Positions 36,585 to 48,398 of a DNA stretch of 64,000 nt are shown here, in pieces (position 1 is the first letter of the stretch; every line of letters starts with the position of its first letter). A program made the position numbers and the translations under genes. The notes beneath the pieces are model-generated. The model was not told the origin of the DNA. It did no database searches and saw nothing but the letters and a program-made list of their open reading frames with translations. The stretch covers positions 52,576,001 to 52,640,000 of the forward strand of contig NC_079166.1 in NCBI RefSeq assembly GCF_947568905.1, read 5' to 3'. The stretch is from Ostrea edulis. Lineage: Eukaryota.

Positions 36585-39500
36585 TACTGTACTATTATAA
36601 TCCAAAGTCTACTAGTGTACTAATACAATCCAAAGTCTACTAGTGTACTATTACAATCCAAAGTCTACTAGTGTACTATTACAATCCAAAGTCTACTAGT
36701 GTAATATTACAATCCAAAGTCTAATAATGTACTATTACAATCCAAAGTCTACTAGTGTACTATTACAATCCAAAGTCTACTAGTGTACTATTACAATCCA
36801 AAGTCTAATAATGTACTATTACAATCCAAAGTCTACTAGTGTATTATTACAATCCAAAGTCTACTAGTGTACTATTACAATCCAAAGTCTACTAGTGTAC
36901 TATTGCAATCCAAAGTCTACTAGTGTACTGTTACAATCCAAAGTCTAATAATGTACTATTACAATCCAAAGTTTACTAGTGTACTATCAAAATCCAAAGA
37001 CTACTAGTGTACTATTACACTCAAAAGGTTACTAGTGTACTATTACAATCCATAGTCTACTAGTGTACTATTACAATCCAAAGTCTACTAGAGTACTATT
37101 ACACTCCAAAGTCTTCTAATCTACTAATACAGCCAAAGTCTAATAGTGTATTATTACAATCCAGAGTCTACTAGTCTACTATTACAATCCAAAGTCTACT
37201 AATGTACTATCACACTTCAAAGACTACTAGTGTACTATAGCACTCCAAAGTCTACTAGTGTACTATTACAATCCAAAGTCTACTAGTGTACTATCAAAAT
37301 CCAAAGACTACTAGTGTACTATTACACTCAAAAGGTTACTAGTGTACTATTACAATCCAAAGTCTACTAATCTACTAATACAATCCAAAGTCCACTAGTG
37401 TATTATTACAATCCAAAGTCCACTAGCGTACTATTACAATCCATAGTCTATTAGTGTACTATTACAATCCAAAGTCTACTAGTGTACTATCACAATTCAA
37501 AGACTACTAATCTACTAATACAATCCAAAGTCTACTAGTGTATTATTACAATCCAAAGTCTACTAGTGTACTATTGTAATCCAATGTCTACTTGTGTACT
37601 ATTACAATTGAAAGTCTACTAGTGTACTATTACAATCCAAAGTCTACTAGTGTACTATCACAATCCAAAGACTACTAGTGTACTATTACACTCCAAAGTC
37701 TACTAGTGTATTATTACAATCCTAAGTTTACTAGTGTACTATTGCAATCCGAAGTCTACTAGTGTACTGTTACAATACAAAGTCTACTAATCTACTAATA
37801 CAACCCAAAGTCTACTAGTGTATTATTACAATCCAAAGTCTACTAGTGTACTATTACAATCCATAGTCTACTAGTGTACTATTACAATCCAAAGTCTACT
37901 AGTGTACTATCACAATCCAAAGACTACTAGTGTACTATCACAATCAAAAGTCTACTAGTGTACTATCACAATCCAAACTCTACTAGTGTACTATCACAAT
38001 CCAAAATCTACTAGTGTACTATTACAATCCATAGTCTACTAGTGTATTATTACAATCCAAAGTCTACTAATACAATCCAAAGTCTACTAGTGTACTAATA
38101 CAATCCAAAGTCTACTAGTGTACTATTACACTACAAAGTTTACTAGTGTACTATTACAATCCAAAGTCCACTAGTATACTATTACAATCTAAAGTCCACT
38201 AGTGTACTAATACAATCCAAACTCCACTATTGTACTGTTCCAATCCAAATTCTACTAATCTACTAATACAATCCAAAGTCTATTAATGTACTATTACACT
38301 CCAAAGTCTACTAGTGTACTAATACAATCCATAGTCTACTAGTGTACTATTACACTCCAAAGTCTACTAATCTAGTAATACAACCCAAAGTCTACTAGTG
38401 TGTTATTACAACCCATAGTCTACTAGTGTACTATCACAATCCAAAGTCTACTAGTGTATCATTAAAATCCATAGTCTACTAGTGTACTATTACAATCCAA
38501 AGTCTACTAGTGTACTATCACAATCCAAAGTCTACTGAAGTATCATTACAATCCAAAGTCTACTCGTGTACTGTTACACTTCAAAGTCTACTAATATAAC
38601 CCAAAGTCTACTAGTGTACTATGTCACTACAAAGTCTACTAATATACTAACACAACCCAAAGTCTACTAGTGTACTATTACAACCCAAAGTCTGCTAGTG
38701 TACTATTACAATCCAAAGTCTACTAGTGTACTATTACAATCCAAAGTATACTAGTCTACTATTACAATCCAAACTCCACTAGTGTACTATTACAATCCAA
38801 AGTATACTTATCTACAGTTACATTTCAAAGTCTAGTGTTTTATTAAGATCCATAGTCTAATAATCTACTAATACAATCCAAAGTCTACTAATCTACTATT
38901 ACATTCCAAAGTCTACTTGAGTACTATTGCACTCCAAAGTCTTCTGATGTACTAATAGAATCCAAAATCTATTAATCTACTGATACAATCCAAAGTCTAC
39001 TAGTGTATTATTACAATCCAAAGTCTACTAATATACTATTACATTCCAAAGTCTACTAGTGTACTATTACAATCCAAAGTATACTAGTGTACTATTACAG
39101 ACCAAAGTTTACCAGTCTACTATTATAATCCAAAGTCTAATAATGTACTATTACAATCCAAAGTCTACTAGTCTACTATCACAATCCAAAGTCTTCTAAT
39201 CTATTAATACAATGCAAAGTCTACTAGTGTACTATTACAATCCAAAGTCTAATAATGTACTATTACAATCCAAAGTCTAATAATGTACTATTACAATCCA
39301 AAGTCTACTAATCTACTATTACAATCCAAAGTCTACTAATCTACTATTACAATCCAAAGTCTACTAGAGTATCATTACAATCCAAAGTCTACTAGTGTAC
39401 TATTACAACCCAAAGACTACTGGTGTACTATTACAATCAAAAGTCTAATAATGTACTATCACAATCCAAAGTCTTCTAATCTACTAATACAATCCAAAGT

Positions 39501-40530
39501 CTACTAGTGTATTATTACAATCCAAAGTCTACTAGTGTACTATTACAATCCAAAGTCTAATAATGTACTATTACAATCCAAAGTCTACTAGTGTATTATT
39601 ACAATCCAAAGTCTACTAGTGTACTATTACAATCCAAAGTCTACTAGTGTACTTTTACAATTCAAAGTCTACTAGAAAACTATTACAATCCAAAGTCTAC
39701 TAGAGTATCATTACAATCCAAAGTCTACTAGTGTACTATTACAATCCAAAGTCTACTAGTGTACTATTACAATCCAAAGTCTAATAATGTACTATTACAA
39801 TCCAAAGTCTACTAGTGTATTATTACAATCCAAAGACCACTAGTGTACTACAACAATCCAAAGTCTACTAGTCTACTAATACAATCCAAAGTCTACCAGT
39901 GTACTAATACAATCCAAAGTCTTCTAATCTACTAATACAATCCAAAGTCTAATAATGTACTATTACAATCCAAAGTCTACTAGTGTATTATTACAATCCA
40001 AAGTCTACTATTGTACTATTACAATCCAAAGTCTACAAGTGTACTATCACAATCCAAATTCTACCAGTGTACTATTACAATTCAAAGTCTACAAGTGTAC
40101 TATCACAATCCAAAGTCTACTAGTGTACTATTACAATTCAAAGTCTACTAGTGTACTATTACAATCCAAAGTCTACTAGTGTACTATTACAATCCAAAGT
40201 CTACTAGTGTACTATTACAATCCAAAGTCTACCAGTGTACTAATACAATCCAAAGTCTACTAGTGTACTATCACAATCCAAAGTCTACCAGTGTACTATT
40301 ACAATTCAAAGCCTACAAGTGTACTATCACAATCCAAAGTCTACTAGTGTACTATTACAATCCAAAGTCTACTAGTGTACTATCACAATCCAAAGTCTAC
40401 TAGTGTACTATTACAATCCAAAGTCTACTAGTGTACTATCACAATCCAAAGTCTACTAGTGTACTATTACAATCCAAAGTCTACTAGAGTACTATTACAA
40501 TCTAAAGTCTACTAGTGTATCATTATAATT
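36585..40530. repeat. 28-bp minisatellite, ~3.9 kb, ~140 copies
   Basis: ctactagtgtactattacaatccaaagt; period 28 (36601 to 36629). Confidence 0.97.
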
Positions 40531-41054
40531 TAAAGTTCACATTGAATTGATATGGCCCATTTCGAGTTACGAATGCTGTTTTGGATTTGTCGTTTGGGTC
40601 CATTTCAATCTGCTAATAACCATAGTGTAAATCAAGGGATGAAAACCATTTACAGCCAGCCAGTTAATCCAGGGTCTCATCAATGCGTGGAATCGGATAG
40701 GCGTCTTTCTCGGTTATTGCATTCAATCGCCTGTAGTCCGTACAAAATCGTGTAGACCCATCCTTCTTTTTCACCAATACTACTCTAGAAGACCAACGGC
40801 TATTTGAAGGTTCTATGATCTTGTTCTTCGTCATTTTCTTCACATAGTTTTCTGCTTCCGCATTCATGTGTTCTGGGAACGCCCTTGATTGGTTTCTGAT
40901 CTCCGGTATCGATGCTATGTTTAGCAAACCCTGTTCTTCCCATGTCACTATCAGACTTTGTGAACAGTTGAGCATATTTCGACTGAAGAGTTTTAACTGG
41001 ATTTACTTCTGTCTTACTCATATTCTGGCAAGTCCTCATATACAGCTCATTTAA

Positions 41055-42583
41055 AGGACACATCTCATGTTTTCAAAGTATACAAAATTACATGCATTTT
41101 GCCTTCTTTTATGCTTATAGTAATTAATTCTAACAGTTCGTTCGCCAAAATTTTGCGATAATTAACCACAATACAGACTTAAATCTAAGCCCCGATTTCA
41201 AAAAGTCTAGTTAATTAGGTAGGTAGTCACGTGGTACAGTGACGTCACATGCGCCCTTCGGATTCTATAAGTAGTGAGATATTATTAAAAACTCAGTTGT
41301 AAGGGCCTGATTTATTCACCATGGGCAACATTTACATCGATTTTCCGAGTTTTATATGTTTTCGCCACCAGTGCATACATATAGCGATGTAAATACCCAA
41401 ATATAGCGAGGAAAGCGTGTATGAAATCGGCTATATTGCGAGTAAATGTTTATATGGGTCGCTGTCTACAGACTGTTTGATAATGTTATTCCTTCATACA
41501 TCTGTAATTGGAGCTGTTTTTCCCCAAAAAATAAACAGTGCAATTATTATTTATTTTTGGATTAGACAAATTATAATACGTTACATTGTTGACAACTACT
41601 AGATCTACTAGTAGTTGAACTACGTCCTATGCCAAGCTATTATCACAGCCGAGTGCATTTCGAAAAGAGGGGAAAAGAAACAACACACACAAATCAGTAA
41701 AAATAATCAAATTTAAAGTGGAAATTATAATATTTTATTTTAATAAAGCAATCTTATTATTATTTTTGAATTGTGATCTGCACGTCGTTAGGAAGTGGGA
41801 GCACGGCGTTATACTGATGCATTCTTGAAAGATGTTACGAGTTCATTGAGGATTTAAATTTATAATTCAATTTAAAGTTAGGAAATACAGTATTCTATTA
41901 CTTGTATAATTAAAAGTTCAATTATTTTGTATTTAAAATGTTTGTAAATCTACCATTTGGTAGAAACTGGAAGCACGTTATACCGGGTATGTTGTTACTG
42001 ACAAGGTGAAGGTCAGTTAAATTGAATTTGTATTGAATTTGAAGACCAGAACAGAATTATGTAGTGCTTATAAGCTTCGATATATCCATTTTATCGCAGT
42101 TTATCAGGGTCTCTGTCCAAGCGGTTTTTGAAAAGGTGACTGGGTGTGGTTTTTTTAAGGTAAAATTCTTGCTCCAACAAAAAATTGTCCACATCTTTTT
42201 TCTCGTACCTTCCTTCGAAAAATTGAAAAATACTCAAGTCTGAATCCTTTCTACCGACAACTAGTACACCCAAGCACGGCACAAAACTTCTTAATGAAAT
42301 ATTATTTACAAGCCGTCAATGTGATAATTGGTTTTTTGTCGATTAAATCTAACCTGTTTATGGAATGGCTAATAAATGTTTTTAAACCCGAGGGCGCATG
42401 TGACGTCACACATAATGGCGCGTAAAATAGCGAAAGTAAATATGCATATCGCAAGATTTGAATTTCATCGCTTTCAAACTAGAAAACTACGCAAAATATT
42501 TCATTTGAAACACATTTAAAGTAGTTTTAGGCACGAGAAGAATTAATTTTGCTGAAAAGGTTTAGAAACATGCGTTGTGTCCT
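41055..42583. mobile_element. Non-autonomous Kolobok-like DNA transposon inserted in Gypsy pol
   Basis: TTAA TSD at 41051-41054 and 42584-42587; TIRs AGGACACATCTCATGTTT / AGGACACAACGCATGTTT; removing it restores pol frame LPENLNELYMRT. Confidence 0.85.
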
Positions 42584-44019
42584 TTAAGTTCTCAGGCAAT
42601 TTGTCAGCAGCAGTTGTAGGTTGGCAATCATCTTCTATTATACACTCTAAGACCTGTGTGAATTATTACATTCTCGTCTTATGGATTCAAAAGTCTTACT
42701 GGGACGGTAGAGCTACCTCTCACTACTTTCCTTCCAACCAGTCCTCTGCCAGAACCCAAAAACGTTTCTGCAGGCCCCACCATTCCAACATCTAAATGTA
42801 TCTCATTGTTATCTGGAACTACAACTTTTCCCTTTGTGACAATTTCTGTCTTTGATGGTATGGACACCGTTTCCAGTGCCACAATTCTAAAACATCCAAT
42901 TCTGCCCTCAAATTCTAGTGAGTGGATTCATCTCCTATTCTCAGGATTCTTTCATGTAAATTAATTATGCCTTTGTTAGCTTTCAAACAATCAAGGCCCA
43001 GAACAGCATCAACAGTCATGTCAGCAACAAGTGCTGTCTGATATGATGTTTTCTTGCCAAACTTACATTCGACGAGTGCCTTTCCGTATATTTGAAGAGG
43101 CGTTCCTGGCGTTGATAACATACTCTGATTCATTGCAGCCAATTCCAATTTGCACTTTTTATTTATCTCTTCAAACTTCTTCCGAGGTACCAGTGTAACT
43201 GTAGCCCCTGTATCAACCAATGCCAGGACAGGAATATCATTTATGTTTCCTCTAATATACATTCCTGGCTCGTTAGCATTTCTTTGAACTCCAATGCTTC
43301 CTTGATACTCATGTCTAGGTTTCCTCACACTATAGAATGTCTTTTTGAAATGTCCAGAACTGCCGGGCTTGCTTTTGCCAGTCTTGTCAATTTTGCTTGT
43401 GTTCGGTTGTGGAAACTTCTGATCAACTCTTCTGTTTGACTGAGCAAGTCTGCAGTCTCTCTTTAAATGACCAGGTTTGCCACAATTGTAAGACTTCTTT
43501 GGAATCCCTAATTCAGAAGCCTTCTCTACCATCCTTGGCGTATTATCGGTTTTAGAAGTTCTCCCCCTTTTCATATTTTATATCATTTATTTCCTTCTGC
43601 AACCTGATCAGTATCTCCTTCATGGAGCCAATTGTTTCTTCTAAACTTTCACTTTTAGCTTCATGTTTATGATCATCTCCAACTTCTCGAAGAAAATCAG
43701 CATCTTCATACTTTTTTGCGTTCCGTTCCTACAAAAGTGTCAAGCTCAACTGCATGCCGGATAGCATCGTTGAGGTTGTTTTATCCTCAGAAGCATATCT
43801 GCGCTTGTGAGAGCATCAATGAAATACTCGTTATCAAGAGTCTCACAAACGTCTACTGGAGCAGTAGGATAGGCTAAGCTTGTCAATTGTCTGACATCTT
43901 GTCCAAGCTGTGGTATTGTCTCACTAGCCCTTGTTATTCTCTCTCGTAGCTGAGCTCTATATAATTCCGTTTGGTTAGCTGGAGAAATCTATTCTAGGGC
44001 TTTTGAGAATGTCTTGAAA

Positions 44020-44935
44020 GAAAGGTGAAGATAACGAACAGTGATCAATCTCATAACTCCTATAAGCAATACAAGATAGAGAGTTGGGCAAACACGGACC
44101 CCTGGACACACCAGAGGTGGGATCAGGTGCCTAGGAGGAGTAAGCAACCCCTGTTGACCGGTCACACCTGCCGTGAGCCCTATATCTTGATCAGGTAAAC
44201 GGAGTTATCCGTAGTCAAATCAGTGTGCCAAGAACGTCCTAACAATCAGTATGATACACATCAGACAGCATTTGACCCAATGATAGGTTGTATTGACGAA
44301 CTACATATCTGTAGATCGTTATAACGACCATAGAATTTGCGAAATGCTGATTTCAAACGAGACTGTTGAGACCTCTTTACCTTCAACTTGTTTGTCAGTG
44401 GCTTGCCTCGATTTAAAAACTGACTATACGCAGAACAAGCTCTTGCGTATCGAATCAGTTGAGAGATATGAACACCATATGCAGGTGATAACGAAATATC
44501 GCTACATAAATATGGCAAGTTGACGATGGAGAAGCTGAAATCATCCCATTTGTCATAAAGTTGAGTTGTCCGTGTGCCATTAATGTCTACTTTCAATAAA
44601 ATATCTAAGTATGAAGTAGAAGTGGACGACTCTGTGGTGTCTTTTATGTCGAGTTCACAGGGATATATCGAATCGACATTTGAATGAAAGTTATTATTGT
44701 TAATAGAAAAGACGTCGTCGATATATCTAAATGTCGAATTGAAGGACACAACAAGAGATTTTTTCTTCTCACGTAGAAGTTTTCGAATAAATTCTGCTTC
44801 ATATGAATATAGAAACATGTCAGCTAGCAAAGGGACACAATTCGTGCCCATGGTAATTCCAACAGACTGTTGGAAGACCTGATCACCAAAGACCAAAAAG
44901 ATATTGTCAATGAGGAACTCGAGCATATCTTATAA
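44020..44935 (-). mobile_element. 5'-truncated Naiad-type Penelope-like retrotransposon (RT C-terminal, no downstream GIY-YIG) inserted in Gypsy gag
   Basis: ORF 44261-44926: QQSVGITMGTNCVPLLAD..FRYIDDV..DILL..LYDKWDDFSF..SQLIRYARACS; RT runs to the element's 3' UTR. Confidence 0.88.
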
Positions 44936-45663
44936 AATTCATTTGCAGTGTTTCTGCTATGTTTCCAAGCACTCCCTGAGCCTAGCCTCTGAGGAAAACA
45001 GCAAGGTACATTCCCTTTGCAACCTCAGACCAATGGTTCAAACATGTACAAGCATTAAAATGTGATTTATAATCTAACCATTATGCTGAACCATCAGATG
45101 TTGCTGGTTTAAGCTTGACAGGCTTATCTGTATTTTCTTGAACATCTTCATTATTTGGTGCTTGTAACATGTCCCTTTTTCTACGAATTGTAACATTTCT
45201 TGGCATATTGTATGGCGTTTCTAAATACATCGGTGTTGTTTCCGCCCGAAACCTGTCTTTTCTTTCATAAAGTTCATATGAATCTTCTGTCTGATCATTA
45301 ACCGTAGTTTTAGGTCTTGGTCCTCTTGCCTCATAGTTTTCCTCTGCATCATGTTCTATTTTACGCCCAGACCCTCCAATGCCTGAGTCTCTCACAGTTC
45401 CAGGTGTTGACTGTGCCCTATGTTCTGTAATTCCCATGCTTTCATTAGAATGTTCCTTAAGTTTCTCTTGTAGAAAACTTATTCCTTCTTCTATATTGTC
45501 CATGGCTTCCTATAATCTAAATCTTACAAAGTTTCCAACGCCTTATTTTAGACAGTGAAAGTAAATGTGAAAAAAGCAAAAGTAGCACTACAATAGTTCA
45601 AATGTTACACAACTTATTCAAATAAAAACAGACTATGATTTTACGAATGGGTTGATTTAGATT

Positions 45664-45681
45664 ATCCCACAGCTGCCACCA
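45664..45681 (-). promoter_or_regulatory. Primer-binding site complementary to tRNA-Leu 3' end
   Basis: Plus strand ATCCCACAGCTGCCACCA vs metazoan tRNA-Leu 3' ATCCCACCGCTGCCA+CCA (17/18), adjacent to the LTR. Confidence 0.75.
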
Positions 45682-45685
45682 AAAT

Positions 45686-46255
45686 TGTTTTAACGTGTAA
45701 TGTGGGCTCAAACCACGGATGATAATTTTTCTTAAACGTTTCCTACGTTTCTAAATGATTGCATTAAACTATAGTTCTACACAATGCTAATAAATCAATT
45801 TGAATCAAACACTGTGATTATTTCCTTATTGATTTATTATATGATTTTCCTCTAACTATTCCTTGTCTAATCTAATCACAAGTGTTTCAGCCTCTGGTTT
45901 GAAACCGCGTTTTCAGACGCTGTTTCAAACTACAAGTCCGAACCCTTTATTTATTTGAGCTTTTGCTCCCGGGCTATCTTCTGAAGGAATAATGTCTCAA
46001 ATGGTCAACCCGCAGTAATTTGAGGTACCGTATATGGGACAATAAACCTTACCTAAAAGCTGGTTGTGAGATGCGATCCTCTCTATTCTCTGTATACCAG
46101 CAGACTAACTCAGATACGCAGAAACCCATTCTATTTATATCTCCGCTCAACTCTACTAGTCTCCAAAATGTATGAGACAATGTACAACACACAAGTAATA
46201 GATAATCATTGACCCTGATTGCCTCATTTACATAATCAAAGGAATTTTCATTACA
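45686..46255 (-). mobile_element. Probable 5' LTR of the Gypsy element (~570 bp)
   Basis: Minus strand begins TGTAATG (46255) and ends ..CA 4 nt before the PBS; partner LTR absent. Confidence 0.55.
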
Positions 46256-46483
46256 ATATATATGTATGATTTCGTGTTTGCCCAGCTCATAATTTTGTAT
46301 TCCTTTTTGAGTTTTACGAAGAGGCTTACTTTTACAATCGACGGCTGACTTTTACAATTTAAAGGGGCCAACTCCAAATATGAAACAATTGAGAGTGGTA
46401 TTTGTAAAATTCAAAGACTTTACCGCATCCATTTGTTGTATATATTCTTTAACGTCCCACTCGATAATGTTTCACTCATATGA

Positions 46484-48180
46484 GATCGTGGTAGCTCAGT
46501 AGTAGAGTGTTCGCTTCGTAACCGGGAGGTCGTGAATTCAAGCTTCACTCGTGTCAGGGTGTTGTTAAAACGCGGAATGGAAAACGGAACGGAATGGAAA
46601 ACAGAATCGAATTGAAGAATTATAATGATTAATATAGCTAAGATAACACCAAAATTCGGAAGAAAATACTTTATTTTGATTAAAATCTAAATTGTGGGAA
46701 TTTGTTTACAAGCGGTAAAACAATTTTATCTTAAAATTCTGCATTATAAATTGATTAAGCGAAGTTACAAGGAATTTACAAAGCATTTTACAAGAATTTT
46801 GAAATGTCGGGATTGACAGATGTGTTAGCGACCAGCGACACCTATGGGACTAGGGTAGAGAAAGGAAAGAACATACGTACTTTATATCCCCCCCCCCCCG
46901 GTGGCAAAACGTCATTAACGCACATTTACATGTAAATTTACATACAATACAGTGTATGTGTATACTTATAACAGGGAGTGTGGTACATGTATGTATATAA
47001 CAACGACAATTCATGATCTCATTAAGTCAGCAAGTTAAACATCTTGTGTTTGATATATCATTTTTAAGTAATAGAGACTTTGTGACCGCAGCACTCCAAT
47101 CCTAAATAGGGAGGACTTCTAACAGATTATTTTTAAACTAAATACTTGTATCTTAATATTTGGATTAATGATGAGATGACTTTTTAAATCCATTCAAGCA
47201 TAAATTGTCTGTTAGCCTGTTAATATTTCATATATGTTAATTTCTCATACTATGGATCGTAAACTTCACCTTAGTTTTCATTGGTTCTGCTTCAGTCTTT
47301 CTTTCCCGCTGTATCTCTTCGGGTTCAACACCAATCCGCAAGACGTCAGTAAATGTACAAACTTCCAAATAAACTCATCCCAAATCCTTTATACACTTCG
47401 GATTCGTTCGCTTCAAAAGTTGATGTGATACATAATACATACACTGTACATGTATTATACCAGGTGTATATCTAAATTACGAATAAAAGCAAGTTAGATT
47501 TAAGAAGGTTGTGATTGGGGAAAATTGTTGAAAAAAATGTTTTAACTTTTGCAATGTTGTCTTTTTCAGTATGATTTTTTTTTTTTCTTTATTAATATTT
47601 TTCATGGCAAGTTAATGATTTTTAAATACATATGCATTAGTATGAAGTATATCAAACGGTGGATTCTGTGGATGTCTACCAGCTCTCTGTGTAATTTCTG
47701 CTTCCCTTGTTCATGATAAACCTTTTACTTTGCAAAATGCTGACCTTCTCATAATAATATTACATGCAATATTTTCCGTTCCATTCCGTCTTCCGTTTCA
47801 TTTTCCGTTCCGCGTTTTAGCAATACCCCTCGTGCCATGGCCGCGTCAAACCTAATATTGATTGATTTGATATTGTTTAACATCCCTCTCGAGAATTTTT
47901 CGATCATATGACAAACCTAAGACATCAAAATAAGTAGTGGTAGCTACTTCGCCAAACGCTCGGCATTTATAAGTAAAAATCACGGGTCGTTCAGGTATGA
48001 CCTTAAAAACGGAGTTCCCGTGCCGCGGCATGCATTGATACGATAAAGAACCCTCACTACTAAGGCGCTGAGCGCTAAATATAGGTCGGGTCTACATTTG
48101 TGGTACTTCACCTACAGATGGTGACCTCTCAATAGGAGTGAAAAATGCAATAAGGAACGTAAAAGCAACCAATCAATCAA
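46484..48180 (+). mobile_element. tRNA-derived SINE split by a MULE-like insertion (same family as 61890-62147)
   Basis: Head gtggtagctcagtagtagagtgttcgc..gtcgtgaattcaagc at 46484-46556; body resumes at 47829 and ends in aatcaatcaa. Confidence 0.75.
46557..47828. mobile_element. Non-autonomous Mutator-like (MULE) element, 1272 bp
   Basis: TIRs GGGTGTTGTTAAAACGCGGAA / GGGTATTGCTAAAACGCGGAA; 9-bp TSD CTCGTGTCA (46548-46556) / CTCGTGCCA (47829-47837). Confidence 0.75.
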
Positions 48181-48398
48181 ATGGAGACGTTATTATTGCC
48201 GGTGAAGGGCTGCAATATGTAGGCCCATGCCTAGACGCTTACGGCCTTTGAGCAGGGATGGATCTTTATCGTGCCACACATTTTGTCATGCGGGGCCTCG
48301 GTTTTTCCAGTCTTATCAGAAGGATCGCCCCCATAAAGTCGCCTCTTACGACAAGCGAGGGGTACAGAGGGCATATTCTAATCCGGTTATCCACGGGG
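48181..48398 (-). mobile_element. Oyster SINE copy
   Basis: Same family as 12656-12833 and 54694-54980. Confidence 0.75.

Larger units (their letters stand above)
40534..46255 (-). mobile_element. Truncated, degenerate Ty3/Gypsy LTR retrotransposon (5' LTR, PBS, gag, protease, start of RT) with nested insertions
   Basis: Gag 45081-45503; zinc knuckle CGKPGHLKRDC and protease LVDTGA in 42915-43574; RT IIEPSNSRW..VVLVKKKDGSTRFCTDYRRLNAITEKDAYPIPRIDE in 40664-40975 and WFSSLDL..KTAFVT at 40540-40660. Confidence 0.9.

Noticed and set aside
39955-40403. ORFs in the 28-bp satellite (also 16914-17207, 6451-6701, 8436-8645)
   Set aside because: Periodic translations of tandem repeats or microsatellites
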